A DNA stretch of 64,000 bases, from assembly GCA_964574655.1 (NCBI GenBank), contig CAZNOH010000001.1, forward strand, positions 535,020-599,019. The letters are read 5' to 3'. The DNA is from an uncultured Candidatus Saccharibacteria bacterium (GTDB taxonomy: Bacteria > Patescibacteriota > JABMPQ01 > JAQVVF01). Positions 38,524-48,653 of this stretch are shown piece after piece (the first letter of the stretch is position 1; every line of letters begins with the position of its first letter). Position numbers and translations under genes: made by a program. The notes below the pieces were generated by a model. It had not been told where the DNA came from. It did no database searches and saw only the letters and a list, made by a program, of their open reading frames with translations.

Positions 38524-39153
38524 ATGGCAATTGGAAAATATGAACTAAAAAAGGCAATGAAAGGCACAAAAACATCATGGTCGCAACGCGGAGGACAAAC
38601 TGCAAAAAATATTATGAAGCAAGCTCCGGGCCACAAAATGTCAACTTATGAAACCAAGCAATTTTTGAATGAATCAGGAATGAGTAAATCCGGTGTAAAA
38701 GAAGTAATGGGAACGTTGAATCAGCCTACTCAGCCAAAACAAGAATCTTTCCAGAAACCAGATGCGCCAAAAACAAGAGAAATAAAAGGACAGGAACCGC
38801 AAAAAGGCGGCGTGAAAACGCCAGGATGGGTGGAAAAAGTGGAAAAACAAGGCGAAATAGCACCGCAAAAAACTTTTGGCAAGCAAATACAAGAAGATGT
38901 TAGATTACAAAAAGCGGGACAGCCGCAGCAAGGCGGACAAAGACAACCAAGCTCTGATGTTGATCGCAGTCGATATACACAAGAAGAAGTTGATAGATTA
39001 GAGCAAAAAGGGCAAACAGAATATTATGATAAAGCTTCGCAATCAAGCAAATTTGATAAATTAGACGAAGCAGAAGATGCCAATGCTGCAAAGATTGATG
39101 CGATGCTAGGCGGAGGAGGCGGGGGCGAAAATTCTGGGAGTAGAGAAAAATAA
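38524..39153 (+). CDS. low-complexity Q/K/G-rich, probably disordered protein
   Basis: Long ORF without hydrophobic core; TTTAAA-16-TATAAT promoter-like sequence upstream; intermediate G+C. Confidence 0.4.
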   Translation: MAIGKYELKKAMKGTKTSWSQRGGQTAKNIMKQAPGHKMSTYETKQFLNESGMSKSGVKEVMGTLNQPTQPKQESFQKPDAPKTREIKGQEPQKGGVKTPGWVEKVEKQGEIAPQKTFGKQIQEDVRLQKAGQPQQGGQRQPSSDVDRSRYTQEEVDRLEQKGQTEYYDKASQSSKFDKLDEAEDANAAKIDAMLGGGGGGENSGSREK

Positions 39154-40749
39154 TTAGACATTTTCACCAAAAGCCGAAACAGCAGCATTATAAAGTTCTG
39201 CTGTTTTTTGTTTTTCTTTTTGTTTTTTTTCTTTATCAATATTTTCTTGTATTTCTTTGGGTAAGTCTTTTGTTAAAATAAGTTTTGTGGAAATTTTTGC
39301 TTGGCAAATTTTAGAAATTGCTTCTTCTAATAAAATTTTATTTTTCATTTCATGGATAATTTCTTGATGAAAAGGATATTGACAAGCAATAGTTAAGCAA
39401 TTATTTTCTAAGCTAATTAATTTCAGAGAATTTAGCATTCCGGCTAAAGAAAAATTTGCTTTTTTAATTTCTGAAAGTATAGTTTGCCATTGTAATTTGA
39501 TTTTAGAAATATTTAAATCAGCTGATATTTGATTTTGATTAGACAAATTTTCTTGAATAACTGGCTGTGCGATTTCTACTTTAGGTTGTGCGTTGATTAT
39601 TGGCTTTTGCATTGGCTGTTCTGCTGGATTCTGTAAACTAGGCTGAATATTATTTTGAACTGGTAAATTTTCAATAATAGCTAATTCTAAAGATAATTGT
39701 ATAAAAGGCGTGTCATTAATTTCCTTACTTCTTTTAATAACTGAATCAATAAACTTTAATAAGAAAATCTGGTCAATCTTTAAAGCTTGCTCTTGCATCT
39801 TTTTTGTTTGTTCATCTGAAAAACTGAAATTGTAGAGTTTTGATAATTCGTTGCTAACTTTTAGAAGCATTATCTTTCTTAAATAATCAATTAGATCTAA
39901 ACAGAATTGATTCATATTGACGCCATTTTCAACTAATTCGTTGACTTGCCTTATCGCTTGAGTCTGGTCCTTATTGATGATGTAATCGACGAACTTTGTT
40001 AAAGTAATTTGATCAGTAATTCCTAAAATTTCTTTTACTTTTTCATATGTGATATCAGAATCAGCAAAAGACGATAAACTGCCCAGCAAGCTTAAAGCAT
40101 CTCTAGATGAACCGCTGGAGTTAGCAGAAATTAGTTTTAGAGAATTGTCATCAATTTTAATATTTTCTTTTTGAGAAATAATTTTTAAATGCGGGATTAG
40201 GTCATTGATTGAAATTTTCTTTAAGTCAAAACGTTGGCAACGAGATTTTATTGTATCCGGCACTTTGTGATGTTCTGTTGTGGCTAAGATAAAAAGAATA
40301 TGGGCTGGTGGCTCTTCTAAAGTTTTAAGAAGCGCATTAAAGGCTTCTTTAGTCAGCATATGAACTTCGTCAATAATAAAGACTTTAAATTTTAATTTAG
40401 TTGGCGTGTATCTGGAGGAATCTCGAAGCTCTCTGATTTCATCAATGCCTCTATTTGATGCTGCATCAACTTCGATAATATCTAAACTATTTCTTTGAAT
40501 CTCCTTGCAATTTTCACATTCCAAACATGGCTCGCCTGTTTTTTTTAGGTTTTCTAAATCTAAGCAGTTGACTGCCTTGGCAATAATTCTAGCTAAGCTT
40601 GTTTTTCCAGTTCCTTTTGGACCACAAAAAAGATAGGCATGTTGCATTTTGCCCATCTTCAAAGAATTGATTAAAGTTTGAGTAATATGATCCTGACCAA
40701 TTACCTCCTTGAACTGATTAGGTCTGTATTTTCGGTAAAGCGCCAACAT
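39154..40749 (-). CDS. dnaX: DNA polymerase III subunit gamma/tau
   Basis: YRPNQFKEVIGQ, Walker A GPKGTGKTS and the zinc module CLECENCKE. Confidence 0.85.
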   Translation of the reverse strand: MLALYRKYRPNQFKEVIGQDHITQTLINSLKMGKMQHAYLFCGPKGTGKTSLARIIAKAVNCLDLENLKKTGEPCLECENCKEIQRNSLDIIEVDAASNRGIDEIRELRDSSRYTPTKLKFKVFIIDEVHMLTKEAFNALLKTLEEPPAHILFILATTEHHKVPDTIKSRCQRFDLKKISINDLIPHLKIISQKENIKIDDNSLKLISANSSGSSRDALSLLGSLSSFADSDITYEKVKEILGITDQITLTKFVDYIINKDQTQAIRQVNELVENGVNMNQFCLDLIDYLRKIMLLKVSNELSKLYNFSFSDEQTKKMQEQALKIDQIFLLKFIDSVIKRSKEINDTPFIQLSLELAIIENLPVQNNIQPSLQNPAEQPMQKPIINAQPKVEIAQPVIQENLSNQNQISADLNISKIKLQWQTILSEIKKANFSLAGMLNSLKLISLENNCLTIACQYPFHQEIIHEMKNKILLEEAISKICQAKISTKLILTKDLPKEIQENIDKEKKQKEKQKTAELYNAAVSAFGENV

Positions 40750-40813
40750 AATTAACAGTTAATGGCTAACAGCTAACAGAAATCTGCTAATTGCTAACTG
40801 CCAAGTGTTAATC
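40748..40813. repeat. TAACAG/GCTAAC-word palindromic intergenic element
   Basis: cataattaacagttaatggctaacagctaacagaaatctgctaattgctaactgccaagtgttaatcg; related copy at 10667-10732. Confidence 0.45.
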
Positions 40814-41263
40814 GTCTTTCTTGAATGCCCACAATTTGTAGCCCGTAAAATTCCAGATCCATGAAACCGCAGTTGCGGAAATTGCGCCAATATTTGCCCA
40901 TAAATGCTCACTGATACCAAATTGCGCGCCAATTATGTTTACAATCAATGAAGCGACTCCGACATTGACTCCAAAACCAACTAAACTGATTAGAATGAAT
41001 TTACCAAATTGAGCAGCTGGATTTTTTTCTTGTCTGTCTTTGAATGTCCAAAATCTATTGAAGAAATAGCTATTAATGACTGCTACAGTAAAGGACATTC
41101 CCTTGAAGATTGAAAAATATATTCCTGATGATTTATCAGTAGCAAAAATTAATAAATTCAGAACACCAAAATCTAATATTGTATTAATGAACCCGGTAAC
41201 AGCAAATTTGAAAAACTGATAAGCTGTTGGATATTTTTCGGTAATTTTATTTATGAAAGACAT
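40808..41263 (-). CDS. GtrA-family polysaccharide-synthesis membrane protein
   Basis: Four-TM, about 150 aa, N-terminus FKFAVTGFINTILDFGVLNLL. Confidence 0.7.
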   Translation of the reverse strand: MSFINKITEKYPTAYQFFKFAVTGFINTILDFGVLNLLIFATDKSSGIYFSIFKGMSFTVAVINSYFFNRFWTFKDRQEKNPAAQFGKFILISLVGFGVNVGVASLIVNIIGAQFGISEHLWANIGAISATAVSWIWNFTGYKLWAFKKDD

Positions 41264-41307
41264 AATTATTTTTATTTTTTGCGAAATACAGTATTCTATA
41301 GTTTTTT

Positions 41308-41410
41308 ATTTCTACTTGGCTTCAACGCAGAATTACGCGGAATTGAACGCGGAATGTGCGGAAAATGCTTCTGCGTTTTTCTGCGTTAGCTTCTGCGTTT
41401 TTTTGCGTAA
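41308..41410. repeat. ACGCAGAA/TTCTGCGTT tandem-word repeat block fused to a partial REP end (ttctacttggctt)
   Basis: ttctacttggcttcaacgcagaattacgcggaattgaacgcggaatgtgcgg...ttctgcgtttttctgcgttagcttctgcgtttttttgcg; related blocks at 21728-21772, 36747-36790 and 44796-44812. Confidence 0.5.
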
Positions 41411-41413
41411 GAG

Positions 41414-42004
41414 TTAGATATCTAAATCATCTCCCAATTTCGCAACATCGCCGTTTGATTTCTTAATAACGTTTTCAACTGCAGCCCATGTACTTTCTTT
41501 GTCTTTTGGAACGATGATTGTTACTTGATCGCTCTCTTCAGCCTTGAAATATGTCAAAGATGCAGTTAGGACTTTGTATTTTTTTCCTTCTGCTGAGACT
41601 TTTACTTCGCCATCTTCTTTTATAAGAGAACCAATAATTTTTTTGCGTTCAATCGGACCAATTTGCTTGTACATAAAAGTACCGTCAGCTGCAATTGTTA
41701 ATTTCAGAACATCGCCTTCAACAAGCTTTGATTTTGAGGCATAATTTGCTGGAATTGGATATTGTTTTTCGTCTGGACCAATCATATTCTGGCCATCAAA
41801 AATTCCTTCAATTATTTTATCTTTTTCCAATATTGAAAGTTTTTTAGCTTTTTTCTTAAAATCGCTGTCTCTTCTTTCCAATTGCTTCATTTCAGAAGAC
41901 GTCAGCTCTGTTTTATCCTCTAACAAACGCATTGCGCTCTGAATATTGCGTTCTGCGCTTGATAACATTTGTTTTAAAAAATCAATGTCTATTTGTTTTG
42001 GCAT
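41414..42004 (-). CDS. hypothetical protein
   Basis: Host-like composition; no motif recognised. Confidence 0.4.
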   Translation of the reverse strand: MPKQIDIDFLKQMLSSAERNIQSAMRLLEDKTELTSSEMKQLERRDSDFKKKAKKLSILEKDKIIEGIFDGQNMIGPDEKQYPIPANYASKSKLVEGDVLKLTIAADGTFMYKQIGPIERKKIIGSLIKEDGEVKVSAEGKKYKVLTASLTYFKAEESDQVTIIVPKDKESTWAAVENVIKKSNGDVAKLGDDLDI

Positions 42005-42085
42005 ATATTTGTTTTTGTTTTAATTAGTTAGATTAGTAAATATAATTTAACATTATTTATTAGAATAAGCAAGATTTTTTGTTAT

Positions 42086-42199
42086 AAAATCCTAAATCCA
42101 AAATTCTAAAACCAAATTTTAAGACAATGACGTCTGCTTTAGATTTTTTATTTTGAAATTTGAATTTATTTAGAATTTATAATTTGGGATTTAGAATTT
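42086..42199. repeat. long palindromic element, CTAAAT family copy with an aatGACGtctg centre
   Basis: aaaatcctaaatccaaaattctaaaaccaaatttt ... gaaatttgaatttatttagaatttataatttgggatttagaattt. Confidence 0.5.
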
Positions 42200-44721
42200 C
42201 ACAACGTCTTTACTCCTGCTACTTCTAATGCTTTTTTTTCAGATTCAGCAATTTGAGCTCTCTCCATTATCTCGCCTGCAACGATTGACTTACTGCGTCC
42301 ATATTGTAAGCGTGATAATTCTCTAACTGCATTCGCGATCTTCATGTTTGCACCTTCGGCTGGCGGATATGTTGCCATTGTAAATGCTTTTGATTTTGCG
42401 CTATCAATCATTAATCTAAGATAAGCGTGATATTTCTCAATATTAATAACATCATTTTCAGTGAAAACTGGCTCAAGCTCCTTGGCTACGATTTCTGCAT
42501 CTTCAACACCAACACGAAATGAGGTAAACGTACCGACGTTTCCAAAAACTGCATCTCTTATTTTTTCTTCAAGCTGTTTTATGTACTGGTGAGCGACGAT
42601 CAAATTGAGTTTGTATTTTCTAGCTTCAGACAAAATTGAAGCAAAGCTATCTGTAGCAAAATTTTGGAACTCATCAACGTATAAATAAAAATCCTTTCTT
42701 TCAGATTCTGGAATATCAGCGCGTGAATACGCTGCCATCTGAATCTTAGAAACAATAATCAAACCTAACAAAGACGAATTCGTCTCACCGATCTTGCCTT
42801 TAGAAAGATTTACAAGCAGAACTTTGCCTTCATCCATTATTTTTCTTAAATCAAACGACGAATGGCTCTGACCAATTATATTTCTCATCATTTCATTTTC
42901 CACAAAACGACCAACTTTAGAGATTATGTAACCCAACATTTCTGATTTATGAAAGTCTGAAGTTTTTGCCATTTCTTTTTCCCAGAAAGCTCGAACAACT
43001 GGATCTTTTAATTTTGCAATCCATTCTTTTGCATATTCAGTGTCTGTGAACATTCTCGGAATTTCTGCTAAAGTGCCTGGATTTTCTTTATCAGACATCA
43101 AAGTCAGCATAACATTTCTCATTTGGTGTTCGAACATCGGACCGATCATCTCTGGCGGAAATAATTTGAAGAAAATTTGCATCATCTCCTGTACAGCAAA
43201 ATCTTTTTGATCTTCTGTTTTAAATTCAAGCATATTTAAACCCATCGGACGATCAATATCAAAAGGTTCAAACAAAATAACATCGTCAACTCTTTCTTTT
43301 GGAATGAAAGGCAAAATACTTTCAACTAAATCACCATGCGGATCAACAACGCAGATGCCTTTGCCAGCTTTGATATCCTGGATAATCATATTTTGCAAAA
43401 GATTGGATTTACCAACACCGGTTTGACCAATAACATACATATGCCTTCTTCGATCATCATCTTTGATGTGAATAGGAGTTTCGATTCCACGATAGACATT
43501 TTTTCCTAATAGCAAGCCTTGTTTTGGAGTATTGTGCGGAGCTGGAGCATCACGAGCCAATAGCCAATGGACATTTGGAGTTTCGGTGAATTTTGTTGGA
43601 AGATGGAATATTGATGCTAACTCTTCAGTATTAAGAATACACTTTTTTTTATTGTCAAAACTGCGGAATATAAAATCCTGAATTAATTTTGATAAGCGAA
43701 CTTTGCGCTTAAAGAATTTGTTTGATGATGGGTCTGCATATTGCGAAAAAGCGCCAATAATGCTTTCTAAAGTTTCTTCTGCTTTAGTCTCTTGATCTGA
43801 GCAAGCGATGATTCTAATATTTGTGAAAAAGCCGAGCTTGTTTGATTTTATTTCTAAAGCTTTGATTCTTTCTTGGACCAAAGGTGACAAATTTGGCAGT
43901 CCTCCTGATTGTGATTGTTCTGGTCCAGACATAGGGTTGACTGCTTGTTCTAGAACACTTCTTTCTTCTTCTTTTTTTCGACGGAAAAGTTTGCCAATAA
44001 GATTTGCAGAGGCATGCTCATATGTTTCGCCACGTTGCATTTTTCTAGCAATGTGCGGTCCTTCTTTCATCCAAGACTTGCCTGCAGGACGAATTAGATA
44101 TTGAATTGCTGCACCTTCTGTTTTTTCATTTAATTTACTCAAAGCATTTGTAATGCCGTTCAATGGATCTGATTCAATGGTCTGATAGGTCTTGATTGGC
44201 AGAAAATCTTGGTTTTCAGTTGTTAACATGGCGCCTCTAATCTTGCACTTTGGAGTAAAAATATTATACTCACCCTCTTCAGAAATGAAAGCTTTAGGAA
44301 ATTGAGAGTGGATAACTTTTTCAACATATTGTTGCAATCTCCTTGGCACTGCAACATAAAAACGAATTTCTCCTTTTAACGAGACTATTTCAAAAGATAT
44401 ATATTCTTTTCCATAAAAACTTGCCAACAAACCCTTAGTAACTGATTCAATAGAATGAAGATTGGCAAACATAGTTTCAGCAACAGAAATCATTTCTTTT
44501 TCTTCTTTCTTGGCTTCTTCAGCAACTGGCTTGGTTTCTTTTGGAACAGAAATGAGCAAGGTAACCATATCAAGAGAATGCGGTATTATGTTTCTTTTTT
44601 TGAGAGCAGAAATTACTAAAAGATATAATAATATAGCCAAAGCTAAAAGAGTTATTACAAAAATAATGCTAACAAACGGTTCAGAACTAGAACTGAATAA
44701 ATTAATATAATTACTTATCAT
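42199..44721 (-). CDS. membrane-anchored VirD4/TraG/TrwB-like (type IV coupling protein / DUF87-type) P-loop ATPase
   Basis: N-terminal TM helix; Walker A VIGQTGVGKSN; Walker B region DEFQNF ... LIVAHQ. Confidence 0.55.
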   Translation of the reverse strand: MISNYINLFSSSSEPFVSIIFVITLLALAILLYLLVISALKKRNIIPHSLDMVTLLISVPKETKPVAEEAKKEEKEMISVAETMFANLHSIESVTKGLLASFYGKEYISFEIVSLKGEIRFYVAVPRRLQQYVEKVIHSQFPKAFISEEGEYNIFTPKCKIRGAMLTTENQDFLPIKTYQTIESDPLNGITNALSKLNEKTEGAAIQYLIRPAGKSWMKEGPHIARKMQRGETYEHASANLIGKLFRRKKEEERSVLEQAVNPMSGPEQSQSGGLPNLSPLVQERIKALEIKSNKLGFFTNIRIIACSDQETKAEETLESIIGAFSQYADPSSNKFFKRKVRLSKLIQDFIFRSFDNKKKCILNTEELASIFHLPTKFTETPNVHWLLARDAPAPHNTPKQGLLLGKNVYRGIETPIHIKDDDRRRHMYVIGQTGVGKSNLLQNMIIQDIKAGKGICVVDPHGDLVESILPFIPKERVDDVILFEPFDIDRPMGLNMLEFKTEDQKDFAVQEMMQIFFKLFPPEMIGPMFEHQMRNVMLTLMSDKENPGTLAEIPRMFTDTEYAKEWIAKLKDPVVRAFWEKEMAKTSDFHKSEMLGYIISKVGRFVENEMMRNIIGQSHSSFDLRKIMDEGKVLLVNLSKGKIGETNSSLLGLIIVSKIQMAAYSRADIPESERKDFYLYVDEFQNFATDSFASILSEARKYKLNLIVAHQYIKQLEEKIRDAVFGNVGTFTSFRVGVEDAEIVAKELEPVFTENDVINIEKYHAYLRLMIDSAKSKAFTMATYPPAEGANMKIANAVRELSRLQYGRSKSIVAGEIMERAQIAESEKKALEVAGVKTL

Positions 44722-44767
44722 ATGAATGTTGTCTTAAAAATTTACCTTGTTTTTTACGTTAAACTAT

Positions 44768-44790
44768 GCGAAACCTTACCTGCCTGCCGG
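44768..44790. promoter_or_regulatory. 22-bp perfect GC-rich palindrome ACCTGCCTGCCGGCAGGCAGGT about 50-70 nt upstream of the ATPase gene
   Basis: Read directly; same CCTGCC/GGCAGG arm type as the hairpins at 15979 and 53592. Confidence 0.45.
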
Positions 44791-44885
44791 CAGGCAGGTG
44801 CAAAAAAACGCAGAAAGTCGTATTTCTTTACTATGTCTGTGAATTATTGCAAGTTTTAAGGTTTGTTTTTTTAATCTCTGAAAAA

Positions 44886-45338
44886 TTAGAGTTTCTTTTT
44901 TTCTTTTAACTTTTCGTGAAGTTCACCTACCAGTATACCACGAAATTCTGCTAATGCAGACGGGTCGTTCATTTTTCTGGCAATTTCCATAGCATAAGGC
45001 ACTCCTTTTTCAAAAGCGCGATAAGCCAATTGAACGACTTGTGGTGATGCGCCTGATTCTATAACTCCTTTTAATTCTTTAAGAATTTCTGGATCGTTCA
45101 TGCTTTCAGACAATGCTGTTGGAACTTTTTCTTCTTTTTGTGTTTCAGCTTTAATTTCTTTTTTAGCTTCAGCAATTTCTTCTGGTTTTGATTTTTCTTC
45201 TTTTTTAGTAATTTCTGTTTTAGGCTTAACTTCTTTTTGCTCGCCAAGCATTTTTTCTTTTTCTGCTAGTTGAGCTTTTAATCTCTCGATTTCTGATTCA
45301 ACATTGGCTGGAGCCTTTTCTTGTGGGTTTTTTACCAT
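44886..45338 (-). CDS. hypothetical K/E-rich protein with structured C-terminal region
   Basis: ORF track only. Confidence 0.4.
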   Translation of the reverse strand: MVKNPQEKAPANVESEIERLKAQLAEKEKMLGEQKEVKPKTEITKKEEKSKPEEIAEAKKEIKAETQKEEKVPTALSESMNDPEILKELKGVIESGASPQVVQLAYRAFEKGVPYAMEIARKMNDPSALAEFRGILVGELHEKLKEKKKL

Positions 45339-45497
45339 AATATAAAATATTAACTTATAATTATATTAACATATTTTTATTATGCAACAAATATTTTATT
45401 TTTTTAATGTTTTGTTATATAATGTTTCTATGAATTAGTTTTCTAATAATTTTATAATTAAAAGATTTAAAAATCAAATTTAAAATCAAAAAATAAT

Positions 45498-46604
45498 ATG
45501 ACAACAAGTATTTGGGCTATCATTTTTTTAGTTGCAGTTGCTATTGCTTATTTGATTTGGCTGAATCGCGATCGCTTCAAAGGAGTTGGCAGAAAAACTT
45601 CTGGAGGCGGAAAAACTCCGATTCTTGATTCTTATTCTAGAGATGTAACTACAGATGCAAGAGAAAAAAGATTAGATCCTGTTATTGATCGCGAATCTGA
45701 AATTGAAAGAATTACGCAAATATTATCAAGAAGAACTAAAAATAATCCAATTCTATTAGGAAAGGCTGGCGTTGGCAAAACAGCAATTGTGGAAGGATTG
45801 GCGCAAAGAATTGTAGAAAAAAAAGTACCAGAAAGTTTGCAAAACAAAAGAGTGTTGGCATTGAATGTCAGCAGTTTAATTGCTGGCACAAAATACAGAG
45901 GCGAATTTGAACAGAGATTAAGAAAAGTAATGGATGAACTTAAAGCTTCAAATAGAACTATTATATTATTTATTGATGAAGTGCATTTGATCGTCCAATC
46001 AAAGGGCGCTGAAGGCGCTTTAGATCCATCTGATATTCTTAAACCGGCATTATCAAGAGGAGATTTGCAAGCTGTTGGCGCAACAACTTTAGATGAATAT
46101 AATCAATATATCAAGCCAGAAGCAAGTTTGGAAAGGCGTTTTCAACCTGTTATGGTTGAACCGCCAGACTTGGAAATGACAGTAAAAATTTTAGAGGGCT
46201 TAAAAAAAGTTTATGAAGACCATCATAAAGTAACTATTACTCCTGAAGCAATCTCTGCAGCAGTAAAATTATCTGACAAATATATTAAGAATAGATATTT
46301 GCCGGACAAAGCAATTGATTTGATTGATGAAGCTTCAGCAATGGTTAGATTGCAAATTATTGATGCGCCTGGAAAAATAAAGCAATTAGAAGCAAAGCTT
46401 TTAGAAGTTCAACAAAAAAGAGAAAAAACGACTAATGAAATAGAAATTAAAAATTTGTCACAGAAGGAATTAGAAATTAACGAAAAAATTGAGCGATTAC
46501 AATTATCCGCACAAGAAGAAAAATCTGGGACAAAAGTTCCTGAAGTTAAGGCAATTGATATTAAAGAAGTGCTGGAAGAATGGATTGGCAAAGATGTCGA
46601 ATAA
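45498..46604 (+). CDS. membrane-anchored Clp/Hsp100-like AAA+ ATPase consisting of a D1 module only
   Basis: N-terminal TM helix; ILLGKAGVGKTAIVEGLAQRIV Walker A, FIDEVH Walker B, and the sensor of ClpB/ClpC D1 plus the start of the coiled-coil M-domain; no D2. Confidence 0.6.
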   Translation: MTTSIWAIIFLVAVAIAYLIWLNRDRFKGVGRKTSGGGKTPILDSYSRDVTTDAREKRLDPVIDRESEIERITQILSRRTKNNPILLGKAGVGKTAIVEGLAQRIVEKKVPESLQNKRVLALNVSSLIAGTKYRGEFEQRLRKVMDELKASNRTIILFIDEVHLIVQSKGAEGALDPSDILKPALSRGDLQAVGATTLDEYNQYIKPEASLERRFQPVMVEPPDLEMTVKILEGLKKVYEDHHKVTITPEAISAAVKLSDKYIKNRYLPDKAIDLIDEASAMVRLQIIDAPGKIKQLEAKLLEVQQKREKTTNEIEIKNLSQKELEINEKIERLQLSAQEEKSGTKVPEVKAIDIKEVLEEWIGKDVE

Positions 46605-46636
46605 CTAAATTATAAATAACAAAATAACAAAATTAT

Positions 46637-48043
46637 ATGGCGGAAACACTAATAAAAACAACAACTAAAGTCCGCGTTGGCACATTGATTGGCGTCTTAT
46701 TTGCTGGCGCTGCAATGATGGCAGCAATGGGCTACACGGTTTATAAAGGCGCCTACAAAAATGAGTCAATTATTCCCCAATCAATTGTAGAGAAAAAAAG
46801 TACGGGTCCAAATATTCAGGATTTGTTCCCAGTTCTAGCTTATAAAGCTGGCTGGCCGAGAAGCATTAGCGGTGTTCCTTCAAGAACAACTGTTGGTGAT
46901 ATTGACAATGATAAAAAGCCAGAAATTATTTTTGGTACAAGCGAACATTTGATTTATGCTTTGAATGATGATGGATCTGAAGTTCCGAATTGGCCGATTA
47001 AAATTGATGAATATTTGGGAAAATCTGTTCCTTCTATTGCAGATCTGAATCTTGATGGCAAGCTTGAAGTTATTATTGGAACAAGCAATTCTGTTTATGC
47101 ATTTTCAGGCAATGCTGGAATTATGAATGGCTGGCCGAAAGCTTTGGAAAATTTAGGTAACGAAAATACGCCTGTGATAGCTGATATTACTTCTGATAAT
47201 AAAATGGAAATTATTGTTTATGGCGACAGAATTATTTATGCTTTATCTGATAATGGATCAATTATTTCTGGCTGGCCGAAAGAAACAAGCGAAAAAATCA
47301 CTTCTGCCGTAGCTTCAGGAGATTTAAATGGAGATTTTAAGTCTGAAATTGCTTATACTGTTTTAGAATCTGGCAAGACTAAATTATATGCTTTGAAAAA
47401 TGATGGTCAAGTTTTGGCTGGCTTTCCAAAAGAAATTGATTCTACTTCTCCTGAAATGGAAATTGTATTAGGAAATGTGATGAATGCAACTGACACAAAT
47501 ATTATTGTTAGCACAAAAGAAAAAGATATTTTAGTTTATGCTACAGACGGAAGACAGCTTTTATCTGTAAATTTTGAAGATGGCGTTTCTGATCTTGCAT
47601 TAGGCGATGTTGATAATGATGGAAAAGCAAATATTGCTTTTGCAAATAAATCTGGCGTTCATGTCTTAGGTAACTTGGGAGTTGATATTAGCGGCTGGCC
47701 AAAAAATTCTGAAAAAGGCATTAGGTTTGTTAATTTAGCTGATCTTGATAATGATGGCAATTGCGAGATTTTAGGAACTGCTGATGACAGAATTTACGCT
47801 TGGAAAAATAATGGCGAGATACTAAAAAATAACTGGCCTCTTGCTGTTGAATCTTCTGGCGGAAATTTTTTAACCTATCCAACATTATCTGATGTTGATA
47901 ATAATAAAGTTTTGGAAGTTATTTCAAGCCTAACTGATAATTCTGTTTACATTTGGAATCTCTCTGATTTTTATGATAAATCTGGAAAATCTTGGTGGCC
48001 GATGGAAAGAGCTGATGTGAGAAATTCTGGGAGCTTGAGATGA
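46637..48043 (+). CDS. FG-GAP/beta-propeller repeat protein with N-terminal anchor
   Basis: Seven repeats of the D-x-D/N-x-D-G-x-x-E-I-I type with adjacent NGWP motifs. Confidence 0.55.
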   Translation: MAETLIKTTTKVRVGTLIGVLFAGAAMMAAMGYTVYKGAYKNESIIPQSIVEKKSTGPNIQDLFPVLAYKAGWPRSISGVPSRTTVGDIDNDKKPEIIFGTSEHLIYALNDDGSEVPNWPIKIDEYLGKSVPSIADLNLDGKLEVIIGTSNSVYAFSGNAGIMNGWPKALENLGNENTPVIADITSDNKMEIIVYGDRIIYALSDNGSIISGWPKETSEKITSAVASGDLNGDFKSEIAYTVLESGKTKLYALKNDGQVLAGFPKEIDSTSPEMEIVLGNVMNATDTNIIVSTKEKDILVYATDGRQLLSVNFEDGVSDLALGDVDNDGKANIAFANKSGVHVLGNLGVDISGWPKNSEKGIRFVNLADLDNDGNCEILGTADDRIYAWKNNGEILKNNWPLAVESSGGNFLTYPTLSDVDNNKVLEVISSLTDNSVYIWNLSDFYDKSGKSWWPMERADVRNSGSLR

Positions 48044-48084
48044 TGGGAAATGTGATGCTAGAAATTGAATATTAAATATTAAAA

Positions 48085-48116
48085 TAAAAAAACCGGTAGA
48101 TTAAATGCCGGTTTTT
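48085..48116. terminator. bidirectional terminator AAAAAAACCGG-tagattaaatg-CCGGTTTTT
   Basis: Hairpin flanked by an A-run and a T-run between convergent genes. Confidence 0.5.
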
Positions 48117-48145
48117 GATTGAGCGAAATTTTTTAAGGTTCTTTT

Positions 48146-48496
48146 TTATGGACATTTTCCGTCTGATCTCCAAACTACTTCTCCGTCACAAACCATCGAT
48201 TTCGCAGGAAAAGGACTAATGGAATCTAAAACGCCATATGGAACATTATTGCATGCAACATATACATGATTGCAGGCTCCGGTTGAAAAGAAAAGGATAG
48301 TCAAAACCAGAGCAAAAATGCCAACGGTTGCGCGAATACTGCCCTCTTCAGCATTCGCAATAATAAATCCAGCGACTATCCAGATAAAAGCGACAACGCT
48401 GAGAACTCCTAGGATTCCGCCGATTGCAGCGCCAAGAACAAAAAGGACTCCAAAAAAAAGAATGATGACAACAATAATTCCAACTATCAGTCCCAT
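48146..48496 (-). CDS. small membrane protein (116 aa) with Cys-containing C-terminal tail, intermediate-GC
   Basis: GGAGGGAAAGAAG RBS before the ATG; three hydrophobic helices; divergent from the LOG-like gene. Confidence 0.45.
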   Translation of the reverse strand: MGLIVGIIVVIILFFGVLFVLGAAIGGILGVLSVVAFIWIVAGFIIANAEEGSIRATVGIFALVLTILFFSTGACNHVYVACNNVPYGVLDSISPFPAKSMVCDGEVVWRSDGKCP

Positions 48497-48584
48497 CTTC
48501 TTTCCCTCCTGCTTGGGTTTAAAAGAGCTATGAAATAGTTTAATCTTTTATCTAAAAAAACACAAGAGTATACGCTTTTTTTCT

Positions 48585-48613
48585 TTGACAAAAATTATTT
48601 ATTATGCTATGTT
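48585..48613 (+). promoter_or_regulatory. sigma70-like promoter TTGACA-17-TATGTT for the LOG-like gene
   Basis: ttgacaaaaattatttattatgctatgtt about 40 nt upstream of RBS AAGGAGGAGG. Confidence 0.5.
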
Positions 48614-48653
48614 TAAAAATTGAATTTGCACCTGAGAGAAGGAGGAGGAAAAG

